From assembly GCA_040005235.1 (NCBI GenBank), contig JBDTZG010000024.1, forward strand, positions 1 to 64,000: a DNA stretch of 64,000 bases, written 5' to 3'. The notes beneath the pieces were generated by a model, which had not been told where the DNA came from, did not search any database, and saw only the letters and a list, made by a program, of their open reading frames with translations. The position numbers were made by a program, and so were the translations under genes. This document shows positions 61,808 through 64,000 of the stretch, one piece after another (the stretch's first letter is position 1; each line of letters opens with the position of its first letter). This stretch comes from Acidobacteriota bacterium (GTDB taxonomy: Bacteria; Acidobacteriota; Thermoanaerobaculia; Multivoradales; UBA5704).

Positions 61808-64000
61808 ATGCGCCGCACGATCGTCTGTTTTTTCGCGCTCGCCACTCTGCTCTCGCTCCCATCGCTCGGCGCAAGTGCCGGAATCGATCCCGCCTTGCTC
61901 GCGGGACTCAAGGCGCGATCGATCGGTCCGGCGGCGATGAGCGGCCGGATCGCCGCGATCGATTCGGACCCACGCAATCCCTCGGTGATCTGGATCGGTT
62001 CCGCCACCGGCGGCGTCTGGAAATCCGAAAGCGCCGGCCTCACCTGGGAGCCGGTTTTCGACGATCAGCCGGTCGCCTCGATTGGCGCGGTGGCGATCGA
62101 TCCGACGAACTCCGCGGTGGTCTGGGTGGGTACCGGCGAGGGCAACCCACGCAACAGCGTCTCGATCGGCGAAGGGCTGTTCAAAACCCTCGACAGCGGC
62201 AAGACCTGGAAGCGGATGGGGCTTGAGAAGACGGAGCACATCCATCGGATCGCGATCGACCCGCGCAACCCCCAAACCGCCTACGTGGCGGCCCTCGGCA
62301 AGATTTGGGGCGAGAACCCCGAGCGTGGCGTCTACAAGACGACCGACGGCGGCGCCACATGGCGGCGCGTGCTCTACGTCGACGAGCGCACCGGCGCCGC
62401 GGACCTGGTGATGGACCCGAGCAACCCGAACAAGCTGTACGCGGCGATGTGGGACTACCGGCGCTGGCCGTACAAATTTCGCTCCGGCGGCCCGGGCTCG
62501 GGGCTCTACGTGAGCAACGACGGCGGCGAAAACTGGAAGCGGCTGACCGAGGACGACGGCCTGCCGAAAGGCGAGCTGGGCCGGATCGGTCTTGCGATCG
62601 CGCCCTCGAACCCGAAAATCGTCTACGCGCTGGTCGAGGCGAAGAAGCCGGCCCTGCTCCGATCGGACGACGGGGGCCTGACCTGGGATGCGGTCAACAG
62701 CGATCCGGACATCAACGAGCGGCCCTTCTATTTCGCCGACATCCGCGTCGATTCGGCCGATCCGAACCGCCTCTATCGGCTGGAGGTGTCGCTCGACGTC
62801 TCGACCGACGCGGGCAAGACCTGGAAGACCTTGGCGAGCTCAAGCGCGGCGCATCCCGATCATCATGCGCTCTGGGTCGATCCGCTCGATCCGAACCACC
62901 TGATCGACGGCAACGACGGAGGCGTGTTCACCACTCGCGACCATGGGGACACCTGGTCGTTCGCGGGGGGCCTGCCGCTCTCTCAGCTCTACCACATAAG
63001 GTACGACAACGACCTGCCGTACCACGTCTACGGCGGCTTGCAGGACAACGGCTCGTGGCGCGGCCCCTCCTCCGTCTGGGAGGGTGGCGATATCCGCAAC
63101 CTGCATTGGCAGGAGGTCTGCTTCGGCGACGGTTTCGATACCGCCCCGGATCCGCGCGATTCCTCAAAAGGGTACGCGATGAGCCAAGGGGGCGCGCTGA
63201 TTCGCTGGGATCTGAACACCGGCGAGCGCAAATCGATCCAACCGGTGCGCGAAAAGGATGGCCCTGAGCTGCGCTTCAACTGGAACTCCGCCCTCGGCCT
63301 CGATCCGTTCGACCCTGACACGATCTATTACGGCAGCCAGTTCGTCCACAAATCGGTCGACCGAGGCGAGACCTGGACGGTGATCAGCCCCGATCTCACC
63401 ACCAACCGCGCCGAGTGGCAGCCGAAGGAAACCGGCGGCGTGACCCAGGACGTGACGGGCGCCGAGAATTACACGACGCTGCTCGCCATCGAACCGAGCC
63501 CCAAGGCGAAGGACCTGCTCTGGGTGGGTTCGGACGACGGTCGCTTGCAGATCACGCGGAACGGCGGCAAGGATTGGACGAGTGTCGAAGGCCACGTCCC
63601 CGGCGTCCCGGCGAACACGTGGATTCCGCACATCCACGTTTCGACCTACGACCCGGCGACGGCGTTCGTGGTGTTCGACGACCACCGGCGCGCGAATTAC
63701 GCCACTTACGTCTACCGGACCGACGACTACGGCAAGACCTGGAAGAGCCTCGCGACGCCGGACCTTCGCGGCTACGCCCTCGCGATCACCCAAGATCCTG
63801 TCACCCCGAATCTGCTGTTCCTGGGCACCGAATTCGGCCTCTGGTTCTCGCTCGATGGCGGCGGCAAGTGGTATCCCTTCCGGCATGGCCTGCCTACCGT
63901 CTCGGTGATGGACCTCGCGATCCAGCCCCGCGATCGCGACCTGCTGATCGCCACCCATGGCCGCGGCATCTACATCGTGGACGACATCGAATCGCTGCGA
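61808..64000 (+). CDS. Secreted VPS10/BNR-repeat glycosyl hydrolase-like protein (3' truncated by window edge)
   Basis: ATG at 61808 after GGGAGG; MRRTIVCFFALATLL..ARSIGPAAMSGRIAAID, Asp-boxes, GGLQDNGSW, ATHGRG; frame open to the window end and absent from the ORF track. Confidence 0.9.
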   Translation, partial: MRRTIVCFFALATLLSLPSLGASAGIDPALLAGLKARSIGPAAMSGRIAAIDSDPRNPSVIWIGSATGGVWKSESAGLTWEPVFDDQPVASIGAVAIDPTNSAVVWVGTGEGNPRNSVSIGEGLFKTLDSGKTWKRMGLEKTEHIHRIAIDPRNPQTAYVAALGKIWGENPERGVYKTTDGGATWRRVLYVDERTGAADLVMDPSNPNKLYAAMWDYRRWPYKFRSGGPGSGLYVSNDGGENWKRLTEDDGLPKGELGRIGLAIAPSNPKIVYALVEAKKPALLRSDDGGLTWDAVNSDPDINERPFYFADIRVDSADPNRLYRLEVSLDVSTDAGKTWKTLASSSAAHPDHHALWVDPLDPNHLIDGNDGGVFTTRDHGDTWSFAGGLPLSQLYHIRYDNDLPYHVYGGLQDNGSWRGPSSVWEGGDIRNLHWQEVCFGDGFDTAPDPRDSSKGYAMSQGGALIRWDLNTGERKSIQPVREKDGPELRFNWNSALGLDPFDPDTIYYGSQFVHKSVDRGETWTVISPDLTTNRAEWQPKETGGVTQDVTGAENYTTLLAIEPSPKAKDLLWVGSDDGRLQITRNGGKDWTSVEGHVPGVPANTWIPHIHVSTYDPATAFVVFDDHRRANYATYVYRTDDYGKTWKSLATPDLRGYALAITQDPVTPNLLFLGTEFGLWFSLDGGGKWYPFRHGLPTVSVMDLAIQPRDRDLLIATHGRGIYIVDDIESLR

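Overview
GC-rich bacterial chromosomal window. The gene content (VPS10/BNR proteins, tricorn protease, zinc-finger/TPR regulators, a PAATLLLPYF-type secreted protein, MqnE) suggests Acidobacteriota, possibly Thermoanaerobaculia; this is inference. Core blocks: ilvE-like and class I/II aminotransferases; manC-trmB-thioesterase; GDSL-pgeF; tRNA-Asn; thiG; panBCD with a pan-motif-like leader and terminator; dNK-mqnE; an ECF sigma/FecR anti-sigma/ABC operon; a split surface-glycan cluster; two VPS10 genes. Accessory patches carry about six intact, orphan or relic toxin-antitoxin-like modules, a DUF4365/partner/SIR2 putative defence locus and gene relics with internal deletions. Most notable unexplained signals: (1) a Zn-finger-TPR gene followed by a small secreted GSILDPDG peptide gene, with a second TPR paralogue paired with an XRE regulator; (2) a non-coding array of 4+4 GTCCG cores at an exact 20-bp period next to a Panacea TA-like pair and an XRE gene; (3) a 27-heptad, 21-bp-periodic ORF; (4) a REP-like palindrome inserted in frame in an FrhB-family gene; (5) an 18-bp inverted repeat pair bracketing a 2.7-kb cassette with an unassigned TA-like pair. 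No CRISPR array, integrase, transposase or reverse transcriptase was seen. All family assignments come from motif recognition by eye, not database searches.
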